Source: Takakia lepidozioides
Taxonomy: Eukaryota; Plantae; Bryophyta
Reading direction: 5' to 3'
Length of the DNA: 64,000 nt
Assembly (NCBI GenBank): GCA_030704615.1
Contig: CM060731.1
Location: 53,320,001-53,384,000, forward strand
Position 1 is the stretch's first letter; each line of letters starts with the position of its first letter. The translations under genes and the position numbers were made by a program. Shown here in pieces: positions 13,243-24,960 of this stretch. The notes below the pieces were generated by a model. The model ran no database searches. It saw only the letters and a list, made by a program, of their open reading frames with translations, and was not told the origin of the DNA.

Positions 13243-14379
13243 ATATATACTTATTATTTGAGTGCTCATTTGGGAGATTTCGAAATTTCTGGCCTCCAAA
13301 CTCATATTCAAGCTAAACTTATGTGTATCTCATGGCTGTGAGGAGCTGGAAGATTAGATTACTGTACTTTGGCATTTTGACACTGATAACGTCTTGAAAG
13401 TAGTTACAAACCAGGAACTTTAGAGAATCGGCTGGGCTCGTTGCAGCCTAAGTATTTAAGGACGAGCTGGAGATGATCTAGTCCTTCCTTAAACGGGCGA
13501 GGAAGAGGACTAGTTTGATTATTCAGAAGGTCAAAGACGTTTCCACACCGCCTACAAGTGGACAACGGTGGCGTATCACCGGACTTCATACAAGTGATGG
13601 TAAATTGGCATAGTTGAATCCACCTCTTTGAGTAAACATTCAAAGATCGATTGATACGTATGTTCATAGATGAGCAGGGTTGCTGGACGAGCCAAGAAAT
13701 CTATATTAATTAGCAAATTTTAATGGGACTTCTTTTCGCATGCTGCGGAAGATGGTAGCCTTTAAAAGCGTGAAAATTGTAGCATGACCCATGTGAGAAC
13801 CACAGGTTGTCCATCCAACACAACGCAATGCCCTGGAATTCTTGACCTAAATAGAGTTCTCCTCACACTCCGCTAGGTTGTGTTGGCTAAAGCCATCCTT
13901 TTGGTCAGACCAGAGATTATGCTGCTGAGAATTTCAAGTGATGGGTGCAGGAATATGTAAGTGAAGAGTTTCGACTGGGGATTTGAGTGCTCTACTTGCA
14001 TTGATCAAACAATGTTGGGCAGGAGATTCGTAGTCAGTGTTCTAAGCCTACACATAAACATCCAACTGACAACGTTGACCTGTGAAGTAGCTACTTGAAC
14101 TTCCCAAAACCTGACCAACTCCTTTGCTCAACTGTAGGATGGTCCATGTTATAATGACAATGTTGTACTGCAGCACACTCACGCAGGGAGCTGCTCCTGT
14201 CTCCTCCCGCCATAGCTTTCCTTTATCTTTTTATCTTTTTTCTTTTCTTTTTTCTCCTTTCTGGTGTGATTCGCAGTCGTTGTAAACTACAACAGTAACT
14301 GGGGTCAAGCTGGGGTCAAGCAAATCCAGTAGCCGGTTTTTCTTTTTCATATAAAAAATATATGACCTGAATCAAATTC

Positions 14380-14452
14380 TCCGTCGTAGTCTAGATGGTT
14401 AGGATGCATGGCTCTCACCCGAGCGGCCCGGGTTGGAATCCCAGTAACTGAA
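14380..14452 (+). pseudogene. tRNA-Glu(CTC) pseudogene
   Basis: tccgtcgtagtctagatggttaggatgcatggctCTCacccgagcggcccgggttggaatcccagtaactgaa aligns with plant nuclear tRNA-Glu(CTC). The anticodon stem (catgg/ccgag), T-loop (ttgga instead of ttcga) and 3' acceptor strand are damaged. Confidence 0.8.
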
Positions 14453-14922
14453 AGCTCCGGAGAATAGCCATCTATGAAAAATTGTTCTTATATTTTTTTG
14501 AGGTAAATGACTATTTTACTGAAGTTAGTTTAAATAATCATATTTCTATTTTATTTTTATTTTTATTTTTAAAAGAGAGTAAGCCTGAGCGACAACTGAA
14601 CCTTCCATATAAGCCATGGAAGCATATAAGCTAGGAGACACGGACCATTTCTGGACCGACCGGCCACAAACCATCGCACACAGGACAAGGTAAAAGGATT
14701 TGCGCCCCAACCACTGGGGTGACACCAAGTGCAGCATCCAACTGAGCTACTACAAGGCATATTGGAAAATATAGCTATGTTTGATTCTATATTATATGAT
14801 TTCCACACGTAGTACTACAGTGGTTTGATACTACATCATAAAAATAGCCTGAGAATTTTTAAGCTTCAGACAAGTTAATAGAAATAATAATAGAAAGTCA
14901 TTGTTTTTACATATCTATGTAT

Positions 14923-15038
14923 AGGGGAAAGCCCTGAGTGGAGGGCATTAACTGGATTTAAGGGCCCCAAGCCGAGGGCGGCAGCCCCATGCGCGGGCCC
15001 GAAAATCCAGTAATGCCCCACATGAGGGGCTTCCCCCT
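14923..15038. repeat. GC-rich ~115-nt hairpin (~45-bp stem); MITE or pre-miRNA-like
   Basis: aggggaaagccct...gggcattaactggatttaagggccc is the imperfect reverse complement of gggcccgaaaatccagtaatgcccc...aggggcttccccct. Confidence 0.7.
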
Positions 15039-15147
15039 GCGTAAAGAAATAGGTTGATTTCTTTTTCTTTCATCCTTCCTTTATGCTTTCTCCCCGCTGG
15101 TAGCTTCCTGTGAGAAAAGATCTTGGATTTAAAGATAAAAAAATAAA

Positions 15148-15198
15148 GCAGGTGTGCTAATGCACCGTGCATTACACGCTCGTGTAATGCACACCTGC
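15148..15198. repeat. Short nested palindrome
   Basis: An outer stem gcaggtgtgc...gcacacctgc surrounds an inner perfect stem gtgcattacac-gctc-gtgtaatgcac. Confidence 0.75.
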
Positions 15199-15667
15199 GA
15201 CATGTGGCTGGCTATTACGCTTTATAACGAGCAGATATTTGCAAAGAGAAATCAGCCGCAGTTCTTTAAGTGTTCATTCTAAAATTAAATAGTAACCAGC
15301 AAAGCAGTCGCGGTCGGCACCGTGCACACTCATCTACTTGAACCCAGCTCTAGTCCCTCGCACAGCTGCAAGCTCACGGCATTGAATATAATGTTGAATA
15401 TGGTGCCGCCGTCCAAAAATATGGCCCATTGAAAGTGAAGTGAATCTTAGGGTTTTCTTTTTTAAACTTATTCTTGTATGTGAGGTCAGGGGTCAGCGGC
15501 TGTTTGCAATGGTGCTTAGGAGGGACTAGATGACCCAAACGAGTCAAGCAGCTAGGGAGAAGCTGGGGTCAGCAACTAGCATATATGGCACCTAATTGGG
15601 AAAGATACGTGCCAAAGAGGTATGTGCCTCTTTTCTTTTCTTTTCTTTATTTCAATATAATAAGGTC

Positions 15668-15991
15668 TGGTGCCAGCCTTCGCACAAGGGGTTATTCCAT
15701 CGTTGTCCATAATGGCCTGATGATATAGGTAAGCCTTGTTGTTCATGTGAGCATCTAAGGATTTGTTTTTGTGTGTGTGGAGGATGTTTGTTGCTTGTTC
15801 ACACTAGGATATACTGATGCTTGTTGATGTTGGTGCCAGCCTTTGCACAAGCGGTTATTCCATCGTTGTCCATAATGGCCTGATGATATAAGCCTTGTTG
15901 TTCATGTCAGCATCTAAGGATTTGTTTTTGTGTGTGTGTGGAGGATGTTTGTTGCTTGTTCACACTAGGATATACTGATGCTTGTTGATGT
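15668..15991. repeat. Recent tandem duplication of a ~160-bp unit (15668-15830, 15831-15991)
   Basis: Both copies run tggtgccagcctt...gttattccatcgttgtcc...gatgcttgttgatgt with only a few differences. Confidence 0.92.
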
Positions 15992-17342
15992 TTCTAGATC
16001 AGAAAAAAACAATGTAGAATCCAGCCTCACAAACAGAGTCAAATGACATGTTATTGGAAGAACTGGTGGATGTTAAGTTTTTAAATAGTTCTGTTGAAGT
16101 TCAGCTCTACATTTCACACGACATTCTAGAGCTTTCTATTTATTGGCTCTCTTGTAGAGAGAGACTACGCTGTGTTGAAGTCAATGTAGAAAATTTGGTC
16201 AAAGGACCTTAGACCCTGTCAAGGTTCCGATTGGTGTGTTGTGCTGAGTCATGCTCCCTAGTTTTCTCTTCTTCTTATGTTTTGCCAAAGCAAGAGAGCC
16301 CATTACAATTTGAGGCTTGTTTTAACCAGGGTTCATGTCCGTTCTGGGCTTTCTAGTGATAGCCAAAGCCCACCAAACCTCTAGCCCAGGCCCAGCACGG
16401 GGTCCTCCTATATGCAGGCGGCGGCAGTTTATCCTCTCCTACTTCTCTCAACTAATAAATCAACCATTCCTACACCCATGCCATCCGACCCCATTGGCTG
16501 CTCCATTGCTCTCCCTTTTCTCGGCCTTCAGAAATAGCCGCTGCCAAGATTTGGGACCCTTATTTATTCCAATTGTCTTTAGATGTTACTTTCCACTTGT
16601 TGTGGTTTATGAGGATGAGCAAATTATAGGGGACTAGAAATAGACTATATAATTCTTGAAGGTACAAAAGATACACATCTCCGATCTGTGCCACTTTTAA
16701 ATATTTAATATTAATATATCATGATGGATGAAGTTTCGTAATGAATGTACATTTTTTTCTTCATGTTTTTAACATTTTCGTCTACTTTCAACAAAAAGCT
16801 GTATAAACCATTCATTTCTCATTGATTTATAAAGATGTTATTAAAGCCCTTCACGTATTTAGATCTAATAAATTTGATGGTTTTAAGCGAGTTATAACCA
16901 CTTGTGTGTTCTCAAGCTTTGGGTCTCTTTAGGTCTACATTTGCTTCAAGTATACATCTATTGCAAATCCTGCCCTATAATTGGAAGAAATCTTTGGAAT
17001 CACCCATCGTCAGATTTTCTTCTAAGTTTTCCCTTTGAATTGGGTATTAAAGTCAATTGCATCAGCACAAAATTTGCTACGATTCTTTTAGAATCTATGA
17101 CCTACAAATTGTTTTTTTTTAAGCTGCATTGCAATTCACAACTTCACATTAAATGATAATTTTGTTTCGAGTTACAAACCATCAATTGATTTTGATATGA
17201 ATAAAGATAGTGGGTGTTGGTTTTTGAATTCACTAATCAACATTTTTATCTGAGCTTCGCATTTTTTGTTATCCTAATCCAACATTGTTTGTGTTAGTAA
17301 ATGTTCCCATATAACCTATAATACAATAAAATTATTGTTGAC

Positions 17343-19463
17343 ATGAGTGGGGGAGGCACGTCAAGCCCTCAAACTCGACATTTGAGCCTTGAGAGTGTTG
17401 AGGATTTACATACGAGCGCTGAATCCTCATCGAGGTTTTCTATTTACGATTTGCGCACAGTCAAGAAAGATATTATAACAATATTCGATGCCGCGGAACA
17501 TGGGGACAATCGTGCTATTATGCGTTTTTCAAAGGCCAAGAACTTTGATGTTGATGCCAAGGTTTGTTACAACTTATATCAAAAGCACCATAAACTTCCC
17601 TTATTGATTGTTAAAATCACACACACACACACACATATCGAAATATAACCTAATGTTGTGTAAAATAGAAGATAATATATACCACTTCATACCAAGTCTC
17701 CCAACCTAAAACTTTCAATACATTTCCCTCTGTTACACTTCACCGCTCTCTTTCGAGGTTATAATTTTCATCATATTTTTTGGTTCTGTTCCTCATCATC
17801 GTCATCATTAGTTTTGTGTTTCCTCTATTGAAGTTCTTGTTGTAGCCAAATGGTTTTGGGTCTTTACTTGTACCTTGGCTTCGGCCTTCTGTTTTTAATT
17901 TGATTATCAGGGCCTCTGTCCCTTAGGGTTTGACTGAAGCCCAAAATTTAGTAATCTAGTAATTTGTTTTTGGAAAGGGGGTCTTAAATTAGTTTAATCA
18001 TATATGATACTATAAGTATAACTATCTATATATAATATTAGCTGAACTTACAATTTGTGAAAAACTAACTTATCATGATTAAACTAATTAAGACCCCCCT
18101 TTCCAAAAACTAATTACTAGATTACTAAATTTTGGGCTTCAGTCAAACCTTTCAATATATTTGTCTACATGCGAATAATTTCTAGGAGATAAATTGAGAT
18201 TTTTAACCCTAATCTTCTTCAAGCTACAATATTATACTGGATTTAAATTGTATGCAAAATATCATAAGAAGTTAAGAACCTCACATAGATAGGTGAAAAT
18301 CACAAGCTAAAATGACAATTAAATGTACCTCTACATGAATGTTTTATTTTAATGAAACTGCTAATGTAAGGACATATTGAATGGTGAGGACGGTAAGGAT
18401 CGATATGGACGAACAGCTCTGATTTGGGCATCTGATTGTGGAAACCTACAATGTGTTGAATCTCTCATCCGACTAAGTGCAAACATACATACTTGCGATT
18501 CTCACACTGGCAGGCATATATTTTTCCCCCTTGTATTTCTTCAGTTTTAAGTACTATAAACATCTCATCATCTTTGTTACCACAGATTTTCTATTAAAAT
18601 TAGATTCATCTATAACATTCTTATTTTTATAGATTTTTCTTTAATAAACATATAAATCAAAATATGATATGAATTGTGCTGAGTATATTAAGTTTTATCA
18701 CTAAAAGTCACCAATTTCATTTCTGATATTGTTAAATGATCCATCTGGATATATTTATATATTGTGCTCAGTACAATACATTTTATCACTCAAAGTCACC
18801 AATACTCTATTCTGTGTTGTTAAAATTCAGATTTTAAGATTATATTGTTTTAAGGGTTCTTCTTCCCTCATCCTGACGTTTAAATGGAACTCTATAATGA
18901 GCTATATGCATTGTAGCAAATTTATACTCAATGAAACGGATTAAAAGTAAAGTAAAATACACTTGACAGAATGGCGATACATTGGGCAGCAAGAGCTTGC
19001 CACCTACCCATTGTTAGTATCCTCTTGTTCAATTTCATGTAATTTTAAAAATATATATATGAACCAAACAAACATATACATTAATCAGCTACTAAAAGTT
19101 TTGGTTGTCTGTACATTGTCACTATTATGACTACTATTATATACTGGTTAATTTGATATTAACATTGTTCTACTTTTTGAAGTATATTGTTAGTACAATG
19201 TCCTTAATCCACTCATAACAGAACTTTTAATACAATATGGGGCTAACTTCAAGAAGGATGATCACTATGGATTGACACCACTATACTTGGCCAAGTCAAA
19301 AGGTACTCAAGGAGAAAGTGTGTTCAAATACTTGTTGGGTGAGGGTGCCCCTTACAATGAAATCAGAGCCGTTGACATCACTAAAGTGGAACATGAGATT
19401 GCCAAGAAGATGGCAGCCATTGATCTTGACCAGTTAGAAACATCAGAGGATCACAAAGAATAA
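17343..19463 (+). CDS. Small ankyrin-repeat protein; exons 17343-17561, 18398-18513, 18970-19016, 19222-19463; 207 aa
   Basis: Spliced translation gives consecutive ANK motifs: IFDAAEHGD...FDVDAK|DRYGRTALIWASDCGNLQCVESLIRLSANIHTCDSHTGR|MAIHWAARACHLPIVK|LLIQYGANFKKDDHYGLTPLYLAKSKG...FKYLLGEGA. Intron phases sum correctly (624 nt). Intron 2 needs a GC donor and intron 1 has a weak AAG acceptor. Confidence 0.85.
17927..18149. mobile_element. MITE-like fold-back element (~75-bp TIRs) in intron 1 of the ankyrin gene
   Basis: ggtttgactgaagcccaaaatttagtaatctagtaatt...ggaaagggggtcttaa...tagtttaatcat is mirrored at ~18075-18149, with an AT-rich core. No clear TSD seen. Confidence 0.8.
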
Positions 19464-20222
19464 TGTTAAATTTGACGATTGGTATGCTAGAGGCTAGAGC
19501 AGTTGAATAATAAATACAATGATCAAAGGGAGTGAAAATTGACTTCCCTCATTTCCTCTTCCCTAGAAACTAAACATGGGAATTGTTGGAGAAATAAATA
19601 TAATCCACTCACAAGAGGTTGACAAGATCCACCCACAAGATATAACCTCATTTATAGATAGAATGACTTCACTCTTCCCTAGTTTATCTAGGAGGAGAAG
19701 CCAACCAACTCATTTATGTCTTGTCATCAACATAAAATAATGACAAGAGTTAGATCAACTAATTGATAGTAGGATGTAACCATAGATTAGTAATTTTGAT
19801 GACTGATGGATGTAGCAATTTTTTGAAAAACAATTGAGGCGTTAGTCTGTATGCAACTGAATATATATTACTTGATGAGTTTATCAATATATGAAGCAAG
19901 CCAGTTTGTTTGTTTTTGTTTTGTTTTGGTTGTTTTGTCACGTTGAGATGTCCCAAACCGGGAGGCCCAGCCCTGGTGCTTGGTACCGTTGGAAAGCCCT
20001 CGAGGAGGAGGGGTGCACGGGCTTGGTCTCGGAATTTTTGGACCTGCGGTGTGGGAGATGTGGAATTTCAAGTACTTTTGGTCACTGGAAATTCACGAAA
20101 AATAGCAAAGTGGGCTTTCATGGGACAATGATTGGAGCCTCGACAAGAGAGATATCAAGGAAAATGTCTCCAATTCAAATCTGGTCGTAGGCTCTCTGGA
20201 AAGAAAATGATTAGACTTAGAC

Positions 20223-20459
20223 GGCCAACGGCAGGCCACCCTAGAGGTCGCACTTGGACCTCGACATAGGAGACGCACTTGGATACATAGGAAATATGCA
20301 ACTGGGCTTAGATGACACTGGACACTTGGGCCAACGGCATATGCTACCCTAGAGGTTGCATTTGGGCCTCGACATATGAGACGCACTTGGATACATAGGG
20401 GATTGCACTAAGACTTAGATGACACTGGACATTTGGGCCAAGGACACATGCTACCCTAG
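20223..20459. repeat. Tandem repeat of a ~107-bp unit, ~2.3 copies
   Basis: Repeated ggccaacggca...accctagagg...cctcgacata.gagacgcacttggatacatagg...cttagatgacactggaca. Confidence 0.85.
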
Positions 20460-21219
20460 TTGGAGTTAAATGACAAACAATTACAATAATTAATGCATTA
20501 ATTATGACCATTTTCATCTCCCATATTTTTTTTTTTGCAGTGGGCGGCTCTTATTTAGTAGACTAGTCAATTTCGTGTCATCTCTCTCTTGCTATTTCTC
20601 AATCAGCTTATACTAGCTTGTAAATGGAGATAGTGCTGAGCAACAATATATGTCAATTATTGTTCAATGATCCTTGCAATGGATTAAAAAGGACATTGAT
20701 ATGTAACTATATTTACATTGATTTGATGGGCACTATGTTGCCTTACAAGTGGTTGCAGACAACAAGCTACATTAGAAGGATGATGTGTACTGGTCCTTGT
20801 TTTTTCATCTTATTGTTGTCTTGCCATGTCCATATATTGGGTGATGCCACATTCAGATGTTTTTTCTATCTTCATTGTCTTTGTTTGCATGTTCTATGTG
20901 ACTGCTGGGTACACACTGTTTACTATATTGCCCTGTATAATATTAATTTCATTTTGTAGTCATAGAGTCATGTGCATGACCAATATAAATTGGACACGTG
21001 TCCTTCATATTATAATTTAAAATACTAAATGCATTGCCAAAGCGACACATGCCGATTCCAATAGTCATATACATGACTGCACCGTGACTTACTACCATCA
21101 TACACCTATGTGTCATTCAAACTCTTTAACTTGTACTATCCCCTCTTCCTGCCCTCTTGTCTACTTTCAGTTGTTTGTGACTCCAGAGAGTCACAGTGCC
21201 TACAGTATCTCCCAATTTC

Positions 21220-21456
21220 TTATGTGCAAGTTTTGCAGCGATGTTGAAAATTATATAGCAAATGAGCACTTCTAATGACAGCTTCTTGAATAAATACAGC
21301 CACGTATCTTTTTGGCACAACAGGGTACCTGTCACAGACCTTGGTCCCTATTAAACCAACAACAAATCCATATATTCCAGCCTTGGACTTTGATGTTGCC
21401 TCTATTAATCGAACTTTCTCTCCAGTGAAGTGCCATCCCTCCCAAACCACATACAT
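21220..21456 (-). pseudogene. Possible CACTA/En-Spm TnpA-associated domain fragment (second copy at 56523-56759)
   Basis: GEKVRLIE...GIYGFVVGLIGTKVCDRYPVVPKRYVAVFIQEAVIRSAHLLY loosely resembles Tnp1/En-Spm-type domains. Pattern recall only, not verified. Confidence 0.25.
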
Positions 21457-21894
21457 AAATGATCAAAACTGTCAACCCCTCATAAATGTAGAAAATGATA
21501 CAAAGAGCAAACATGGAGTGTTTTATATGAACTGGTACAACATAGAAAAGGGGTGGAAAATTCAGCAGGGAAAACATACCCCATGTTGTATTTCATCTTG
21601 AGAAGTTTCCGAATGTTTCCTAGTATTACACTCTAGGGCTACGTTTGCTTTAGAGGACTGATGTTTGTCCACAACTGCTACCTACACACGAACACACGTA
21701 TAGTAGGACAAGTGAATGAAGATCTTACAAATCCACTTGAGAAAATAGAAACACACAAAGAACAATGTGAGATATATAAGTAAGAAAATGCGAGATTTAC
21801 CTCAGCTCCACACTCAGCCCCCTCTAATGCTTCAAGTATGCCTGAATCTGGCCTTTGAGATGTCGTTTCCTTAGTGGAGTATCTCCTATCCACA

Positions 21895-22625
21895 CCCGAG
21901 AGTATTCAAACTGACATAGGGTACGACTTCAGCTTTGATGATGTCACCATGAAGCTCTTTGCCATTTTCCAAGGCTGCAAGGACTGCACATGCATTGCAA
22001 ACACAAATGAACGAACTAGGTTGGGTTTAAAGGCAATAATGTTCCAATTGACATTTGGTTCAAATACTCCAACTTCGACGACGTCATCATGAACATCTTT
22101 ACTCTTTTCTAGACTATTAGGCTTGCACGTGCAATATTGCAAACACAAATAGACATGACTCGGCTTCACGTACCCATTTTCGCATCATTTGCTCATAGGC
22201 ATCCAAGGCCTCCATCCCGCGCCCTTACTACGCATATCTACGAATCATTGCATTCCACAACTCCACATCTCATTCAGCCACATTTGGCCACCAATGACAT
22301 GTAGTATAATTTCAACTTTGAATCACCGTAAACCTCTTTGCTCTTTTCATGGGCTACCAAGCATACACGTACTGCATTAACACAAAGAAACGTGACCAAG
22401 TTAGGCTAATTCATGAGGGCAGTGCTCAGACTGACAAACATGGTACAATTCCAGCTTTCACGATGTCACCATGAACCTCTTGCCCATTTTCCAGAGCTGT
22501 CAGGCTCGCACATGCATTGCAAACACAAGTAGACATGACCAGGTTGGGTTTCAAGGAAGTGTTCAGACTGACCTCTAATACAATTCTAACTTTGACAATG
22601 TCAACATGAACCCCTGGACACAATC
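21895..22625 (-). pseudogene. PLS-class pentatricopeptide-repeat (PPR) gene relic
   Basis: Minus-strand pieces: LKPNLVMSTCVCNACASLTALENGQEVHGDIVKAGIVP (L motif), DVELWNAMIRRYA**GRGMEALDAYEQM (P motif), SLEKSKDVHDDVVEVG.EPNV and AVLAALENGKELHGDIIKAE (L motifs). Many stops and frameshifts. Confidence 0.85.
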
Positions 22626-23904
22626 CAAACACATGTATCCATGAAATAGTACAAACGAAACTAATTACTAACATCAAGTAGGAAAATCTGCTCTGAACGG
22701 GACCATGTCAAATTTTGACAAAAAATGTGGAGCCTAAAAGGTCCCTATACCTACATCATAGTCCTTTTTAGCATTCCAGAATGCCTTGCCATACCTGAAT
22801 TAAACAATCTGACAAGAATTTCCAGGTGTTCAAGTAGAATGTCATGGTTTTATTTGTGATTAGTTAGAAATAGTTATTTCTAGCTAATTAGGACATTATA
22901 CATTTATATTTGTATTTTGTTGGCATTGGGACTTCATTTGGTTTCATGTGCCAAGTGAGGTGACGAACCTCACTTGGGACGTAGAGAGGTTATCTCCACG
23001 TGAGACGTAGGCAGGCTCGTCTTCTTCTAGTCGAGCCTCCCGAGGCTTTTCTCGCTGCCATGGCTCTAATACTTGAGATGGAGAGTGGGTGAGGTCTGTA
23101 TGGTGGATTCCTTTAGCAAAGGTGCTATTGGCTTGACTTATATAACGTGATAGAGTGGGTTCACCTCTTTTCACCATTTCCGTATCACTAGAAGAAGACC
23201 TGTTTACATCTATGAATGCAAGGTGTTAGCATAGTTAGCACTTGTGGTGATAGCTATTGTGTTACAAGGTGTTGCAGGGTTTGCAAAAGGAAAGCCTTGT
23301 GTTGTTTATGTACAAGAGGAGGTCTTCAAGGAGAGCCCCATTGAAAAGTTTGAGAGCTTGTGAAGAAGCTCTTGTTCTGCAGGGTTTGAGGAGTTCAAGA
23401 AGAGCTCGGGTGTTAAGGAAGCAAGCGGTGCATGTGTGGAGCATGGTTTCAACTTGTGGGAATCTTCAACTTCAAGCTTATGAGAGCTATGAGTGGAGGT
23501 AGACATCTGATTTCTCTTTGGGGCAGAATAGTGTATTTGTGGAGCATGCTTTGAGTTGGGGTTTCAATCCTAAGCTTGGGAAGAACATGTCTATGGAAGT
23601 GGGAAGTGCAGGGCTGGATTAGGAGCTCTAAGAGGTGCACTATGGCCATGGAAGGAAGCACTATGAGTGCATGCGATGGCTAGAAGAGGATATGCCATAG
23701 AAAGCTCAATAGCTTGTTCTATGCTTGTCTCAATAAGTTCCATAGAGAAAGAGAGTTTGTTGTGTGGCAAATAGCTTGCTCAGGGAGTTAGAGGCACTCT
23801 TGGTGATCTATTGATGCTCAAGAAACCAAGAACAACACCTCTGGTTGCTCCATAGAAGCCATAGCTCGTTGCAGCAATCGCAGAGGCAAAGCGGAGCAAA
23901 CCCT

Positions 23905-24000
23905 AGCTTGGGAACGCGTGGGAACTCGAGAGAACACGTGAGAATGCTTGGGAACTCTTTGGGAACTCGTGGGAACGCATGGGAACGCGTGGGAACATTG
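23905..24000. repeat. ~11-bp minisatellite (tgggaac core), ~8 units
   Basis: ttgggaacgcgtgggaactcg...tgggaacgcatgggaacgcgtgggaaca. Confidence 0.8.
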
Positions 24001-24032
24001 CCCCAGAGTTGAGAGCACCACCATTGATCCAT

Positions 24033-24483
24033 CGGATGAACTATTGAGCCAGTGGATGAAAATTGGCGCTCCTGGATAAGAATCGGTTGCAGTGAATGAA
24101 ATCTACACCAGTGGATGAAATCTTGGTATCGGATGAAATATTGTGCTATCGGATGAAAAATCACCGACGGCGGATGACATTGCGTCAGCAGATGAAATCT
24201 CGTCAGCAGATGAACTATCGCGCTATTGGTTGAGAAATTGCAGCAACGGATGAAACTGCATCACCAGATGAAATCGTGGCAGCAGATGAACTATCGTGCT
24301 ATCAGATGAAAAATCACGACAACGGATGAAACTGCGCAAGCGGATGAAATTGCGCCAGTGGATGAAATATCACACCGACGGATGAAACTTTCGCGGCAGA
24401 TGAAATATCGGACCTGCGGATGAAATATCGCGGTTTTGGATGACATTTGGTCAGCGACGGATGAAAATCGACTGCAGTGGATA
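24033..24483. repeat. Degenerate 18-21-bp tandem array with conserved (g/a)gatgaa core, ~23 units
   Basis: Regular recurrence of ggatgaaa/agatgaaa separated by variable 10-13-nt segments. Duplicated at ~59336-59785. Confidence 0.88.
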
Positions 24484-24489
24484 TTTTTG

Positions 24490-24960
24490 GAGCCTTTTGG
24501 GGGCTTGTTTGAGGACTATTTGGGGTCTATTGAGGCCAACATCTAGCAGGTATTGGGGCCTGCTTTGAGGACTATTTGGGGTTTATTGAGGCCAATATCT
24601 AGCAGGTATTGAGGCCTGCTTTGAGGACTATTTGGGGGCTGTTGAAGCCAATATCTTGCAGGCTGTGGAGCCTTGTGAGGGCTGTTTGAAGGACTATTTG
24701 GGGTCCTTTGAGGCCAATGTTTTGCAGGCCTATGGAGCCTTGTGAGGGCTGGTTGGAGGACGATTGGAGATCCTTGGAGGCTTATATTGGGCAGACTTAT
24801 TGAGCTTTTTAAGAGCTCTTTGGGGGACTATTGGAGGTCCTTGGGGGCGGCCAATACTTGGTAGATTTGAGGAGCTTCTTAAGGGCTGGTTAGAGGACCT
24901 TGGAGGCCACTAATTGGCGGGCGCCTAGGGCCTTTTGGTGGACTCTTTGGAGTCCAAGTT
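24490..24960. repeat. Degenerate ~47-60-bp tandem array
   Basis: Repeated gaggactatttgggg...ttgaggccaatatct..caggt. Duplicated at ~59790-60260. Confidence 0.8.

Noticed and set aside
14380-14452. Functional tRNA-Glu gene
   Set aside because: The acceptor stem, anticodon stem and T-loop are disrupted.
24033-24483. CRISPR-like repeat/spacer array
   Set aside because: The core is only ~7-8 bp, the linkers are 10-13 bp and related to each other, there are no cas genes, and the context is a plant nuclear genome. It is a degenerate minisatellite.
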